Assembly (NCBI GenBank): GCA_029261035.1
Contig: JAJDCD010000004.1
Span: forward strand, 132,765-196,764
DNA length: 64,000 bases
Direction: 5' to 3'
Source of the DNA: Candidatus Omnitrophota bacterium
Lineage (GTDB): Bacteria; Omnitrophota; Omnitrophia; Omnitrophales; JACROU01
Positions 40,107 to 49,062 of the stretch are shown one piece after another. Positions within the stretch are counted from its first letter, which is position 1, and every line of letters begins with the position of its first letter. Under the pieces are notes generated by a model. That model was not told where the DNA came from. It ran no database searches and saw only the letters and a list, made by a program, of their open reading frames with translations. The translations under genes were made by a program, and so were the position numbers.

Positions 40107-40213
40107 GTCATTGCGAGGCATTAGAAAGTCGAGCCGTGGCAATCTCAGATTAAGGGAAGAAAGGTCCGTCTCAAAACCAAGAGATTGCCGCAGCTCCTTT
40201 GTGGAAGCCTCTC
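40107..40213. repeat. nested inverted-repeat element (GTCATTGCGAGG...GCCGTGGCAAT / ATTGCCGC...CCTCTCAATGAC)
   Basis: Same architecture and end sequences as the element at 42987-43093. Confidence 0.6.
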
Positions 40214-40304
40214 AATGACTGATTTATAAAAAACTATCATCTGTCTCTGATATAATACGAGTCATTACCCACTTTCATCACTTATAAACTACCGAGGGAC
40301 TACC

Positions 40305-42539
40305 ATGAGACATCTCCTTTTTGTTCTATTATTTTTAGTTATTTCTACCCCTTTTGCTGAGGCCAGCATTATCGGAGCATTAGAGAACGTAACTCGACAA
40401 ATTGAGTCCGGAGGTTCATCTAGTAACAACACCTCTTCATCCTCCAGCTCAAGACCTTCTAGCACCACAAATACCAACCCCTCACAATATGAAACTCAAT
40501 ACCCAACACTCATGCCTTCAGACGGAAGCAGTGGCTCTGTTATGTCTATCGATCCAACAACAGGCACAGTGACTCAAAGCTCTTTAAATCCTGATGGCTC
40601 CAGAACGGTAACCGAAACAAACGCGGATGGAAATACAACAGAAGAAGTAATCCCTGAAGATCAACCGGATAGTGCCTCTTCTCTAGATTCCGAAACCGGA
40701 ATCACAACTACTTCCGTTGAAAACCCAGATGGGTCTCGTACTGTTATTGAAACGGATGCCGAAGGCAACATCGTAAGTTCAACACGTGTCCCATCAACGC
40801 AAACAACATCTGCCTCTGCTACAGATCCTGACACAGGCATCACAACAACATCTACTCGAAACGCAGACGGATCTAGAACCGTCACACAAACAGACGCGGA
40901 TGGAAATGTTTTAAATACGCGGAATGAACCCGCTCGTGGTTCAGGAAGATCTTCTGCTTCTTCTACAAATACAGATACTGGCGTTACAACAACTTCAACT
41001 CGCAATGCCGATGGCTCTAGCACAGTTACAGAAACAGACTCTCAAGGTAATACCCTCAGTTCGCGCAACGAGCCCGCCCGAGGATCACGCCCAGACTCTG
41101 CATCCGCCACCGACACCCGTACAGGAAATACAACAACATCCACTCGAAACGCAGATGGCTCTCGCACCGTCACTCAAACAGACTCTCAAGGAAATACTCT
41201 TTCAACACGAACAGAACCTAATAGAAATTCAACACCTTCTTTTGCATCTTCAACCGATTCTAATACAGGAATTACAACAACTTCGACTCAAAATGCCGAT
41301 GGCTCTCGTACGGTCAATCAAACAGACTCTAATGGCAACCTTCTCAATTCTCGAAGAGAACCTGCTCGTGGCTCGAGTCCAAGCTCTGCTTCTTCAACGA
41401 ACACCGATACAGGAGTCACTACAACATCGACTCGCAATGCAAACGGCTCCCGTACGGTTACTGAAACGGACGAGCAAGGAAATACATTAAATACTAGGAA
41501 CGAGCCTGCTCGTGGTTCCCGTCCAACATCTGCATCTGCCACAGATACAAATACCGGAATCACAACAACGTCCACTCGCAATACAGACGGTTCGCGTACC
41601 GTTACCGAAACAGACGAGCAAGGAAATACCTTAAATACAAGAAACGAGCCTGCTCGTGGTTCCCGCCCTACTTCAGCTTCAGCAACGGATACGAATACAG
41701 GCATTACAACAACGTCCACACGCAATACGGACGGATCTCGTACCGTTACCGAAACAGACGAGCAAGGAAATACCTTAAGCACCCGAAACGAGCCTGCTCG
41801 TGGAACAACCCCCTCTTCTGCTTCTGCGACAAACCCAGACACAGGAATTACAACAACATCAACACGTAACCCGGATGGTTCTAGAACTGTGACTCAAACG
41901 GATAAAGATGGAAATGTGTTAAATACACGCAACGAACCCGCCAGAGGAACAGGAACATCCTCCGCCTCTTCAACAAATACCGATACAGGTGTCACAACGA
42001 CATCCACTCAAAACGCAGATGGGTCTCGTACGGTTACAGAAACAGATAAAGACGAAAATGTTCTAGGCTCTCGCAACGAACCCGTATCAGGTACAGCCCC
42101 CTCTTCGGTAACATCAACAGATATGCTGTCAGGAGCACAAACAACCTCTACTATGAATCCCGATAAAAGCAGAACCCTTATCTTAAAAGACAAAGATGGA
42201 AAAGTAATTTCGAAAGAAACTACATATGGGTCCACAGGAATCGTTTCTAAAGTAACTTATAATAAAGATGGAACAGCTTTATTTATTCAAAAGGATGGAA
42301 GAGGTAGAACACTGATGGAAAAATCCTTCGCAAAAGTGCTGCAACCTAAATTTAGAAATCAAGCCATTGATATTCTATTTAACGTATCTAGACCGCAGGT
42401 GTACTCCTTACCTGGTTTTGCCAGCGCTCCTGGTTATCCAGCAACTCCAGACAAAACGGTTATCAATAATTCTTTAGGAGAAAAGATACAAGAGTACGAA
42501 GGCCCTCCTCGCGATTATGATGGGTCCAATTACCAGTAG
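40305..42539 (+). CDS. secreted Ser/Thr-rich tandem-repeat surface protein (putative adhesin-like)
   Basis: Signal peptide MRHLLFVLLFLVISTPFAEA. About 11 tandem 48-aa units (SASATDTNTGITTTSTRNxDGSRTVTETDxQGNTLxTRNEPARGSRPx), then a non-repetitive C-terminal domain. Confidence 0.75.
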   Translation: MRHLLFVLLFLVISTPFAEASIIGALENVTRQIESGGSSSNNTSSSSSSRPSSTTNTNPSQYETQYPTLMPSDGSSGSVMSIDPTTGTVTQSSLNPDGSRTVTETNADGNTTEEVIPEDQPDSASSLDSETGITTTSVENPDGSRTVIETDAEGNIVSSTRVPSTQTTSASATDPDTGITTTSTRNADGSRTVTQTDADGNVLNTRNEPARGSGRSSASSTNTDTGVTTTSTRNADGSSTVTETDSQGNTLSSRNEPARGSRPDSASATDTRTGNTTTSTRNADGSRTVTQTDSQGNTLSTRTEPNRNSTPSFASSTDSNTGITTTSTQNADGSRTVNQTDSNGNLLNSRREPARGSSPSSASSTNTDTGVTTTSTRNANGSRTVTETDEQGNTLNTRNEPARGSRPTSASATDTNTGITTTSTRNTDGSRTVTETDEQGNTLNTRNEPARGSRPTSASATDTNTGITTTSTRNTDGSRTVTETDEQGNTLSTRNEPARGTTPSSASATNPDTGITTTSTRNPDGSRTVTQTDKDGNVLNTRNEPARGTGTSSASSTNTDTGVTTTSTQNADGSRTVTETDKDENVLGSRNEPVSGTAPSSVTSTDMLSGAQTTSTMNPDKSRTLILKDKDGKVISKETTYGSTGIVSKVTYNKDGTALFIQKDGRGRTLMEKSFAKVLQPKFRNQAIDILFNVSRPQVYSLPGFASAPGYPATPDKTVINNSLGEKIQEYEGPPRDYDGSNYQ
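40550..42140 (+). repeat. intragenic 144-bp tandem repeats (about 11 copies, near-identical in the centre)
   Basis: The three consecutive central units are nearly identical at the protein level and at the nucleotide level. Antisense ORFs in this span are frame artefacts of the repeats. Confidence 0.8.
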
Positions 42540-42544
42540 ATTAG

Positions 42545-43095
42545 AAGAAGATTTTGTCATCTCCTCCTTGATCCATTTGTCATCCCCGAATGCTTTAATC
42601 GGGGATCCAGTCAGACAAAACGATTAATTTAGAAATTAAATAAAGCACAAACACATGGATCCCCGCCTTCGCGGGGATGACAGAAAAGCGCGGGAAGATA
42701 CAAGAATAGGACGGTCCACCTCGAAATTATGATGGAAAATTTTATGGGTAGATTTACGCTTGTCATTATTTAATTCAAAGACCCTAGATTCCCGCCTACG
42801 CGGGAATGACAAACACTTTTATTCATTCTTGTCATCCTGAACTAGCGCCTGCCCGCCGTCTTGCCCGCCACGAAAAACGGCGGGTCCGCCAGCTTATTAG
42901 GAGGATTGGGCGGGAAGGATCTCAGACTCAGAGATTCTTCGTCGCAAAGCTCCTCAGAATGACAGCTGTGTAGAAATTTAAATCCGTCATTGCGAGGCTA
43001 AAACAAAAAGAGCCGTGGCAATTTCAGGTTTTTACTTCTTATTCATCCCGAGATTGCCACGGCTCAATATGTCGATACCTCGCAATGACAGTTTT
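42545..43095. repeat. cluster of REP-like palindromic elements (BIME-like) in the 580-bp intergenic region
   Basis: At least six hairpins with GTCATC/GATGAC-type ends: 42578-42610, 42656-42682, 42786-42812, 42830-42895, 42921-42965 and 42987-43093. Confidence 0.7.
42697..42751 (+). repeat. degenerate duplicate of the 3' end of the repeat-protein gene
   Basis: GATACAAGAATAGGACGGTCCACCTCGAAATTATGATGG..TAG closely matches the gene terminus GATACAAGAGTACGAAGGCCCTCCTCGCGATTATGATGG...TAG. Confidence 0.55.
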
Positions 43096-43120
43096 TCTAT
43101 AAGCTAATGGCTGACAGCTT

Positions 43121-44089
43121 TTACTGAACTTGAACTAAATAAGGTTTCATCGCTTTCATTAAAACCCAACTATCATTTGCTTCACCAAAGTGATCTTTGT
43201 CCGTATATAAAACATCGCCCGAAACATTCACACCAGGAATTTGATTGAGATCTTGACTATTAATCTTAACAACTCCATCGGACCAACTGCATTGTTCCCT
43301 TGAAGCAATTAAAGGACAACCGCTCCCAATAATAATGGAGTACATAATCCCTTGTGGTAAAGGACGGCTGGAAAAATTATTTAAACCATCAATCTCGTCT
43401 TCAGGAGCTCCATTTAAATTAATATCCTTACTTTTAAATTCTTCAGGAGAATCAGGTTCGAGCCCCCCTTCTAAATAAATACTCTTCGGTCTTAAGTCTC
43501 GAACAGCATCACTCTTCGTATCTACCTTCCAAACAAGATTTCGAACGGTCTTTGGAATGATCTTAAGGGCTAATTTCTCTACATCAAAATTACTCCCTCT
43601 ATGCGGAGTCCCTAAAGAAACAAATCCTCCAACATCCTCTTTATAATAATCTGATTGCAAATATTCTCTTATAGCCAAACCACCCATGCTATGCCCTATT
43701 AAAATTACTTTCTCGGCACGATTGAAAATTTTAATTTTTTCGATGACTGCCGCCAACTCTTTCCCTTGCTGAACAATCGCCAACTCCCCCGAAGAAAAGC
43801 TCAGCGTATAAATATGTGCAGGCTTCACTATTGTTGGAGAAACCACTACTTCTCCATCAATCAATTTAGGTTTCAGGTCAGCTCCTGTATCCCAACCCAA
43901 GTTATTAAATTCTTTAAAGGTTTTACTCTCTCTCCAATAGTCTCCGCTATAGCCTAATCCATGAACAAAAATAATAGGATACTTCGGAAGATAAACTCCA
44001 TCCCCAAAACCTTGTTGTTTAAACTGACTCTGAGCAGAAGAACAACCCACCAAAGTTAAACATAGAAAAATAATCATTAAATTCTTCAT
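43121..44089 (-). CDS. secreted lipoprotein lipase/esterase (alpha/beta hydrolase)
   Basis: Lipobox LTLVGC after the signal peptide, oxyanion-region FVHGLG and nucleophile elbow GHSMGG. Confidence 0.65.
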   Translation of the reverse strand: MKNLMIIFLCLTLVGCSSAQSQFKQQGFGDGVYLPKYPIIFVHGLGYSGDYWRESKTFKEFNNLGWDTGADLKPKLIDGEVVVSPTIVKPAHIYTLSFSSGELAIVQQGKELAAVIEKIKIFNRAEKVILIGHSMGGLAIREYLQSDYYKEDVGGFVSLGTPHRGSNFDVEKLALKIIPKTVRNLVWKVDTKSDAVRDLRPKSIYLEGGLEPDSPEEFKSKDINLNGAPEDEIDGLNNFSSRPLPQGIMYSIIIGSGCPLIASREQCSWSDGVVKINSQDLNQIPGVNVSGDVLYTDKDHFGEANDSWVLMKAMKPYLVQVQ

Positions 44090-44140
44090 TCTATTTCCTC
44101 CCACTTTTTATGTATTACGAATTATATCTAAATCAGGATT

Positions 44141-44250
44141 TCCCCTCTCCCTTTTTAAGGGAGAGGGCTAGGGTGAGGGTTTGAGTTGATTTAGAATTTA
44201 CCATTAAACCACCCTCACCTTAATCCTCTCCCTCCAAAGGAAGGAGAGGA
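44141..44250. repeat. nested palindromes built from GGGAGAGG / GGTGAGGG motifs
   Basis: CCCTCTCCCTTTTTAAGGGAGAGGGCTAGGGTGAGGGT ... ACCCTCACCTTAATCCTCTCCCTCCAAAGGAAGGAGAGG. Confidence 0.5.
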
Positions 44251-44278
44251 AAATTCAAAGACATTCACTTGTCTGCCT

Positions 44279-44304
44279 GGATTCCCGCCTCCGCGGGAAT
44301 GACC
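44279..44304 (+). repeat. REP-like hairpin (GGATTCCCGCCTCCGCGGGAATGACC)
   Basis: Same family as 42786-42812 and 58234-58260, including the shared CCTGGATTCCC lead-in. Confidence 0.6.
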
Positions 44305-44332
44305 GTATCACCAAAAGCCAATAGCCAAAAGC

Positions 44333-44386
44333 TAACGTCTGGCCCGCCAGACAAAGCCAATGACACGCTAGTGCTTTAGCGTAGTC
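44333..44386 (-). repeat. conserved tRNA 3'-trailer element, copy 2
   Basis: GTCTGGCCCGCCAGAC hairpin plus TTTAGCGTAGTCTGG immediately 3' of tRNA-Arg, homologous to 21296-21362. Confidence 0.5.
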
Positions 44387-44463
44387 TGGCGTCCCCGACT
44401 GGAGTCGAACCAGTGGCCTTCTCCTTAGGAGGGAGACGCTCTATCCATCTGAGCTACGGGGAC
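44387..44463 (-). tRNA. tRNA-Arg (anticodon CCT)
   Basis: Manual fold: acceptor GTCCCCG/CGGGGAC, D-arm GCTC-AGATGGATA-GAGC, anticodon loop CTCCTAA, T-arm ACTGG-TTCGACT-CCAGT and an encoded CCA. Confidence 0.8.
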
Positions 44464-44498
44464 TCTTAAAATATTCTTCTAATTTTTGTATAAAGGGA

Positions 44499-45032
44499 TC
44501 AATACTTTAATAGAGAAAAAACTTTATGGTCTTTAACCTTAGACCTTCCCTTAAGAAAGGATAATTCAATGAGGTATCCTAGCGCTTTAATGTTTCCGCC
44601 CAAACGTTCGACTAGCTTTACCACAGCCTTTGAAGTTCCCCCTGTGGCTAAAAGATCGTCAATAATTAAAACGCGATCCCCTTTATTAATTGCATCTTTA
44701 TGAATCTGAAGAGTGTCTGTCCCATACTCAAGCTTATATGAAACGGAAGCTGTCTTATATGGAAGTTTCCCTTTCTTTCTTACGGGTACAAAACCCGCTC
44801 CTAAATGGCTTGCGATAATCGGAGCAAAAATAAACCCTCGAGACTCCACTCCAATAACAATATCAATTTTATATTTTTCAGCCTTTTCAGAAAAAAGATC
44901 ACACGCCAACTTCAGAGAATCTGGGTCTTTAATTAACGTTGTAATATCTTTAAAGATAACTCCCTTTTTAGGAAAATCTTTAACATCTCGGATCATCTCT
45001 TTAAGTCGGGCTATTTGAACTGTTGTAGACAT
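44499..45032 (-). CDS. apt: adenine phosphoribosyltransferase
   Basis: 177 aa with a PRPP-binding motif ([13 protein letters not shown]) and an Apt-like N-terminus. Confidence 0.85.
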   Translation of the reverse strand: MSTTVQIARLKEMIRDVKDFPKKGVIFKDITTLIKDPDSLKLACDLFSEKAEKYKIDIVIGVESRGFIFAPIIASHLGAGFVPVRKKGKLPYKTASVSYKLEYGTDTLQIHKDAINKGDRVLIIDDLLATGGTSKAVVKLVERLGGNIKALGYLIELSFLKGRSKVKDHKVFSLLKY

Positions 45033-45196
45033 GGCAGGAGGCTCCTATGAAAATAAGAAACCAGAGAAAAGAAACAAGAAACCGAGAAACTTACTTGTCT
45101 GGTTTCGTATACCCTGACTTCTCTTCCCGGTACTAATGCTTCATTATCAAATAAACTTGCAGTCTAAAAAGGGTCTATTAAAAACGAACCCTCTCG

Positions 45197-46105
45197 CTAA
45201 TAAACGTAGTTTTCAAACTTATCGTCTTCAAGCAATAACTTTTGACGAACTTTTTGCAGTGCAATTACTTCAATTTGTCGTACGCGTTCTCGAGTAATCC
45301 CAAATTGCTTCGCAGTTTCTTCTAAAGTGTGAGGTTCTTCCCCTTTTAAACCAAATCGAAGCACAATTACTTTTCGTTCACGATCATCCAAAATTTGCAT
45401 AATTTTATCTATGCGTTGAGTCTTAAAAAATTCATCCGTATCTTTTAACGCACGGTCTCCATGCTCATCTTCAATCAAATCGATTAACTCTGCCGATCCA
45501 TCAATACTTAAGGGTGTATTCAAAGAGCTTGGTTTATTCGCAATATTTTCAATCTCTTTAATTTTTGCTTCAGGTACTTTCATATATTTGGCAATTTCAG
45601 CAGCCGTTGGATTACGATCCAACTTTTGCATCAAGGCATCTCGAACTTTTCTCCACTTAGAAACAATATCAAACATATAAACAGGAATACGAATTGTTTT
45701 CCCTTGATTAGAAAGAGATCTCATAATGGCTTGCTTAATCCACCAAGAAGCATATGTTGAAAAACGGTATCCTTTTTTATAATTAAACTTATCTACCGCA
45801 CGCATCAAACCAATATTTCCTTCTTCAACAAGATCAGAAAAAGATAACCCTAAATTGGTGTAACGTTTTGCAATACTGATTACAAGACGCAAATTACTCT
45901 GAATCATTTTGTTTCTGGCTTGTTTTGCTCCGCGAACTTTCGAATGCATTTTCTTTGCTAAATCAACTTCTTCTTGAGGAGTTAATAGAGGGATTTTCTC
46001 AATTTGTCTAAGGTAGATAGACATAGGAGTCTGATTTAATGTAATCTCAGACTGACTGGGTCTTTTTGGCTTGTGTGCTTTTGTAGTTTCAACTCGTTTG
46101 CGCAT
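45197..46105 (-). CDS. RNA polymerase sigma-70 family factor (RpoD-like, no region 1.1)
   Basis: Region 1.2 (IYLRQIEKIPLLT), region 2 (DLVEEGNIGLMRAVDKFNYKKGYRFSTYASWWIKQAI) and region 4 HTH (LEETAKQFGITRERVRQIE). 302 aa. Confidence 0.8.
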   Translation of the reverse strand: MRKRVETTKAHKPKRPSQSEITLNQTPMSIYLRQIEKIPLLTPQEEVDLAKKMHSKVRGAKQARNKMIQSNLRLVISIAKRYTNLGLSFSDLVEEGNIGLMRAVDKFNYKKGYRFSTYASWWIKQAIMRSLSNQGKTIRIPVYMFDIVSKWRKVRDALMQKLDRNPTAAEIAKYMKVPEAKIKEIENIANKPSSLNTPLSIDGSAELIDLIEDEHGDRALKDTDEFFKTQRIDKIMQILDDRERKVIVLRFGLKGEEPHTLEETAKQFGITRERVRQIEVIALQKVRQKLLLEDDKFENYVY

Positions 46106-46236
46106 TTATCTTCCTTATAAACGTTAGAGAAGATGAATCATACGTGAATTTACGGCACGCAATGAAGAGGACTTGAATCTTTAGTATTTTTAATTCTGAG
46201 GGGCACCATACCTAGTGCCCCTCAATTAAATTAGAA

Positions 46237-49002
46237 CTATTTCTTTTTCTTTCTTAAACCTTGCTGTACAGAAGCTTGAGCTGCTGCCAAACGAGCAATC
46301 GGCACTCGGTAAGGAGAACAACTCACATAATCCATACCCACAGAGTAACAAAAAGAAACAGAAGCTGGGTCGCCGCCCTGCTCTCCACAAATCCCAACTT
46401 TCAACTTTGGATTTGTTTTTCTTCCAAGCTCAATCCCTGTTCGAATCAACTGACCAACACCTTCAACATCAACGGATTGGAAAGGATCTTTTTCAATAAT
46501 TTCTTTACTTAAGTAATTTTCTAAGAAAACAGCAGCATCATCTCTAGAGAAACCATAAGCCATCTGAGTCAAGTCATTGGTTCCGAAAGAAAAGAATTCT
46601 GCATCTTCCGCTATTTTGTCTGCAATTAACGCAGCTCTAGGAACTTCGATCATTGTTCCAATCATGTAAGCTACTTTTGTTTTCTTTTGTTTAAAAACCT
46701 CTTCAATTACAGCAAGAGATCTTTTCTTTAAATACGCAAGTTCATTCTTAGTTCCAACCAAAGGAATCATAATTTCTGGAAGAACTTTAATTCCCTTCGC
46801 TTTTACATTAATTGCCGCTTCAATGATAGCGCGAACTTGCATCTCATAAATTTCTGGATAAGTAATACCCAAACGACAACCACGATGACCCAACATCGGA
46901 TTAAATTCACTCAATTGGTGAACCTTCTCCTGAATGGTCTCTAAAGAAACTTTCATTACTTTCGCCATTTCTTTTTGACTGTCAACTTCATGAGGCAAGA
47001 ATTCATGTAAAGGCGGATCTAAAAGACGAACCGTTACAGGAAGACCTTTCATTGCCTTAAATATTCCTTCAAAGTCTTTTCGTTGAATTGGAAGAAGTTT
47101 CAACAATGCTTTTTTTCTTTCTTCTAATGTATCTGAAAGAATCATGTCTCGCATTGCAATGATTCGGTCTGCTTCAAAGAACATATGCTCTGTTCGGCAA
47201 AGCCCAATCCCTTCTGCCCCAAAACGACGAGCAACCAAAGCATCATGAGGAGAGTCTGCATTCGTTCTAACGTTGATGTTACGGAATTGATCCGTCATCT
47301 TCATCAGCTTACCAAACGCTCCACCCAAAGCAGGTTCCACGGTCTTAACTTGTCCTAAGTAAACTTCACCTAAAGTACCGTCCAAGGAAATCCAGTCACC
47401 TTCTTTAACAACTTTTTTAGCTGTCTTAAATGATTTAGTTTTATAATCGATTACGATATCACTCGTACCCGCAACACAGGTTTTACCCATACCACGAGCA
47501 ACCACAGCCGCATGAGAAGTCATTCCTCCACGAGCGGTCAAGATACCTTGAGCTGCATCCATTCCGGCAATATCTTCAGGAGAGGTTTCAACACGAACCA
47601 AAATTACCTTTTCTCCCTTTTTAGCCAACTCTTCAGCATGCTCTGCAGTAAATACAACCACACCACTTGCAGCCCCTGGAGAAGCAGGCAATCCCTTAGC
47701 AATTTTGTCTTTCTTTGCGTTAGGGTCAAATGTAGGATGAAGCAATTGATCCAACTGTTTTGGATCCACACGAAGAATCGCTTCTTTATCGTTAATTAAT
47801 TTTTCTTTCACAAGATCACAAGCAATATTAACAGCAGCCATCGCTGTTCTTTTACCTGATCTTGTTTGCAAGAAATAAAGAGTTCCTTCTTGAATCGTAA
47901 ACTCCATATCTTGCATGTCTCTGTAATGTTTTTCCAATCGGTCTTTAATCTGAACCAATTGCTTGTAAACTACTGGATTTTCTTTTTGTAATAAAGGAAG
48001 TGGTTTTGGTGTACGAATACCAGCAACAACATCTTCCCCTTGTGCGTTCATCAAATACTCCCCGTAGAAATAATTTGCACCGGTAGATGGGTCACGAGAA
48101 AAACAAACACCTGTTCCAGAGGTATCACCCATGTTACCGAAAACCATTGCTTGTACGTTAACCGCTGTTCCGATTAACCCACGGATGTCATTCAACTCAC
48201 GATACTTGTTTGCTCTTGGGTTATGCCAAGATTTAAATACCGCATTGATTGACTTACGTAATTGGTCTTTTGGATTCGTTGGAAAATCTTCTCCAGTTTT
48301 CTTACGAACTAACTTTTTATATGAAGAAACAACTTGCTTCAAATCAGCTGTTGTTAACTCCGTATCTTGAGCTGCATTTACTTCTTCTTTCTTTGCTTCC
48401 AAGATATGTTCAAAATCATGATGATCAATTTCCATCACAACGTTTCCAAACATTTGCATAAAACGACGGTAACTATCCCATGCGAATCGTTCGTTTCCTG
48501 TTTTTACAATCAGCCCTTGAACCGATTCTTCATTAAGACCCAAATTCAAAATCGTATCCATCATACCTGGCATTGAAGCTGCTGCACCAGAACGAACAGA
48601 AACAAGTAATGGATTATTAGAGTCACCAAATTTTGCACCGAATGCTTTTTCTAATTTTTCGATATTCGTATTAATTTGCGCTTCTAGCCCTGATGGCCAT
48701 TTGCGTCCACTCTTGTAATAAAGATCACAAACTTCTGTTGTGATTGTAAACCCTGGAGGAACCGGAATTCCCAAGTTAACCATCTCGGCCAAGTTAGCTC
48801 CCTTACCACCAAGAAGCTCTTTCATTCCTTGTTTACCTTCAGATTTTTTGTTTCCAAAAAAGTATACGTATTTTGTCTTAGAAGCACTTTTAGCTTTAGA
48901 CTTCTTTTTAGCAGGCTTTTTAGCTGCTGGTTTTGCTTTTGTTTTCTTCTTCACTGTTGTCTTCCCCTTTTTCTTAGGTTTTGCTTTCAATAATGTAGCC
49001 AT
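46237..49002 (-). CDS. ppdK: pyruvate, phosphate dikinase with about 45-aa lysine-rich N-terminal extension
   Basis: PPDK/PEP-utilising enzyme motifs (GGMTSHAAVVARGMGKTCV phospho-His domain and a C-terminal PEP-binding TIM barrel). The N-terminus MATLLKAKPKKKGKTTVKKKTKAKPAAKKPAKKKSKAK is histone-like. Confidence 0.85.
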   Translation of the reverse strand: MATLLKAKPKKKGKTTVKKKTKAKPAAKKPAKKKSKAKSASKTKYVYFFGNKKSEGKQGMKELLGGKGANLAEMVNLGIPVPPGFTITTEVCDLYYKSGRKWPSGLEAQINTNIEKLEKAFGAKFGDSNNPLLVSVRSGAAASMPGMMDTILNLGLNEESVQGLIVKTGNERFAWDSYRRFMQMFGNVVMEIDHHDFEHILEAKKEEVNAAQDTELTTADLKQVVSSYKKLVRKKTGEDFPTNPKDQLRKSINAVFKSWHNPRANKYRELNDIRGLIGTAVNVQAMVFGNMGDTSGTGVCFSRDPSTGANYFYGEYLMNAQGEDVVAGIRTPKPLPLLQKENPVVYKQLVQIKDRLEKHYRDMQDMEFTIQEGTLYFLQTRSGKRTAMAAVNIACDLVKEKLINDKEAILRVDPKQLDQLLHPTFDPNAKKDKIAKGLPASPGAASGVVVFTAEHAEELAKKGEKVILVRVETSPEDIAGMDAAQGILTARGGMTSHAAVVARGMGKTCVAGTSDIVIDYKTKSFKTAKKVVKEGDWISLDGTLGEVYLGQVKTVEPALGGAFGKLMKMTDQFRNINVRTNADSPHDALVARRFGAEGIGLCRTEHMFFEADRIIAMRDMILSDTLEERKKALLKLLPIQRKDFEGIFKAMKGLPVTVRLLDPPLHEFLPHEVDSQKEMAKVMKVSLETIQEKVHQLSEFNPMLGHRGCRLGITYPEIYEMQVRAIIEAAINVKAKGIKVLPEIMIPLVGTKNELAYLKKRSLAVIEEVFKQKKTKVAYMIGTMIEVPRAALIADKIAEDAEFFSFGTNDLTQMAYGFSRDDAAVFLENYLSKEIIEKDPFQSVDVEGVGQLIRTGIELGRKTNPKLKVGICGEQGGDPASVSFCYSVGMDYVSCSPYRVPIARLAAAQASVQQGLRKKKK

Positions 49003-49062
49003 TTAATTCTTTCCTCCATTTATCCTTGTTAAATTCAAATTTCGTTTATTTTCTGTCATTCT

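Noticed and set aside
40661-42235. Minus-strand ORFs 40661-41023, 41318-41842 and 42008-42235, and plus-frame ORF 40924-41490
   Set aside because: They lie entirely inside the 144-bp tandem repeats of the Ser/Thr-rich gene. Their repetitive Val/Ser/Arg-rich translations are frame artefacts of the repeat.
46198-46225. Hairpin GAGGGGCAC-N9-GTGCCCCTC between ppdK and the sigma factor gene, considered as a terminator
   Set aside because: No U-run on either strand. It may be a stability or processing hairpin but the evidence is insufficient to call it.
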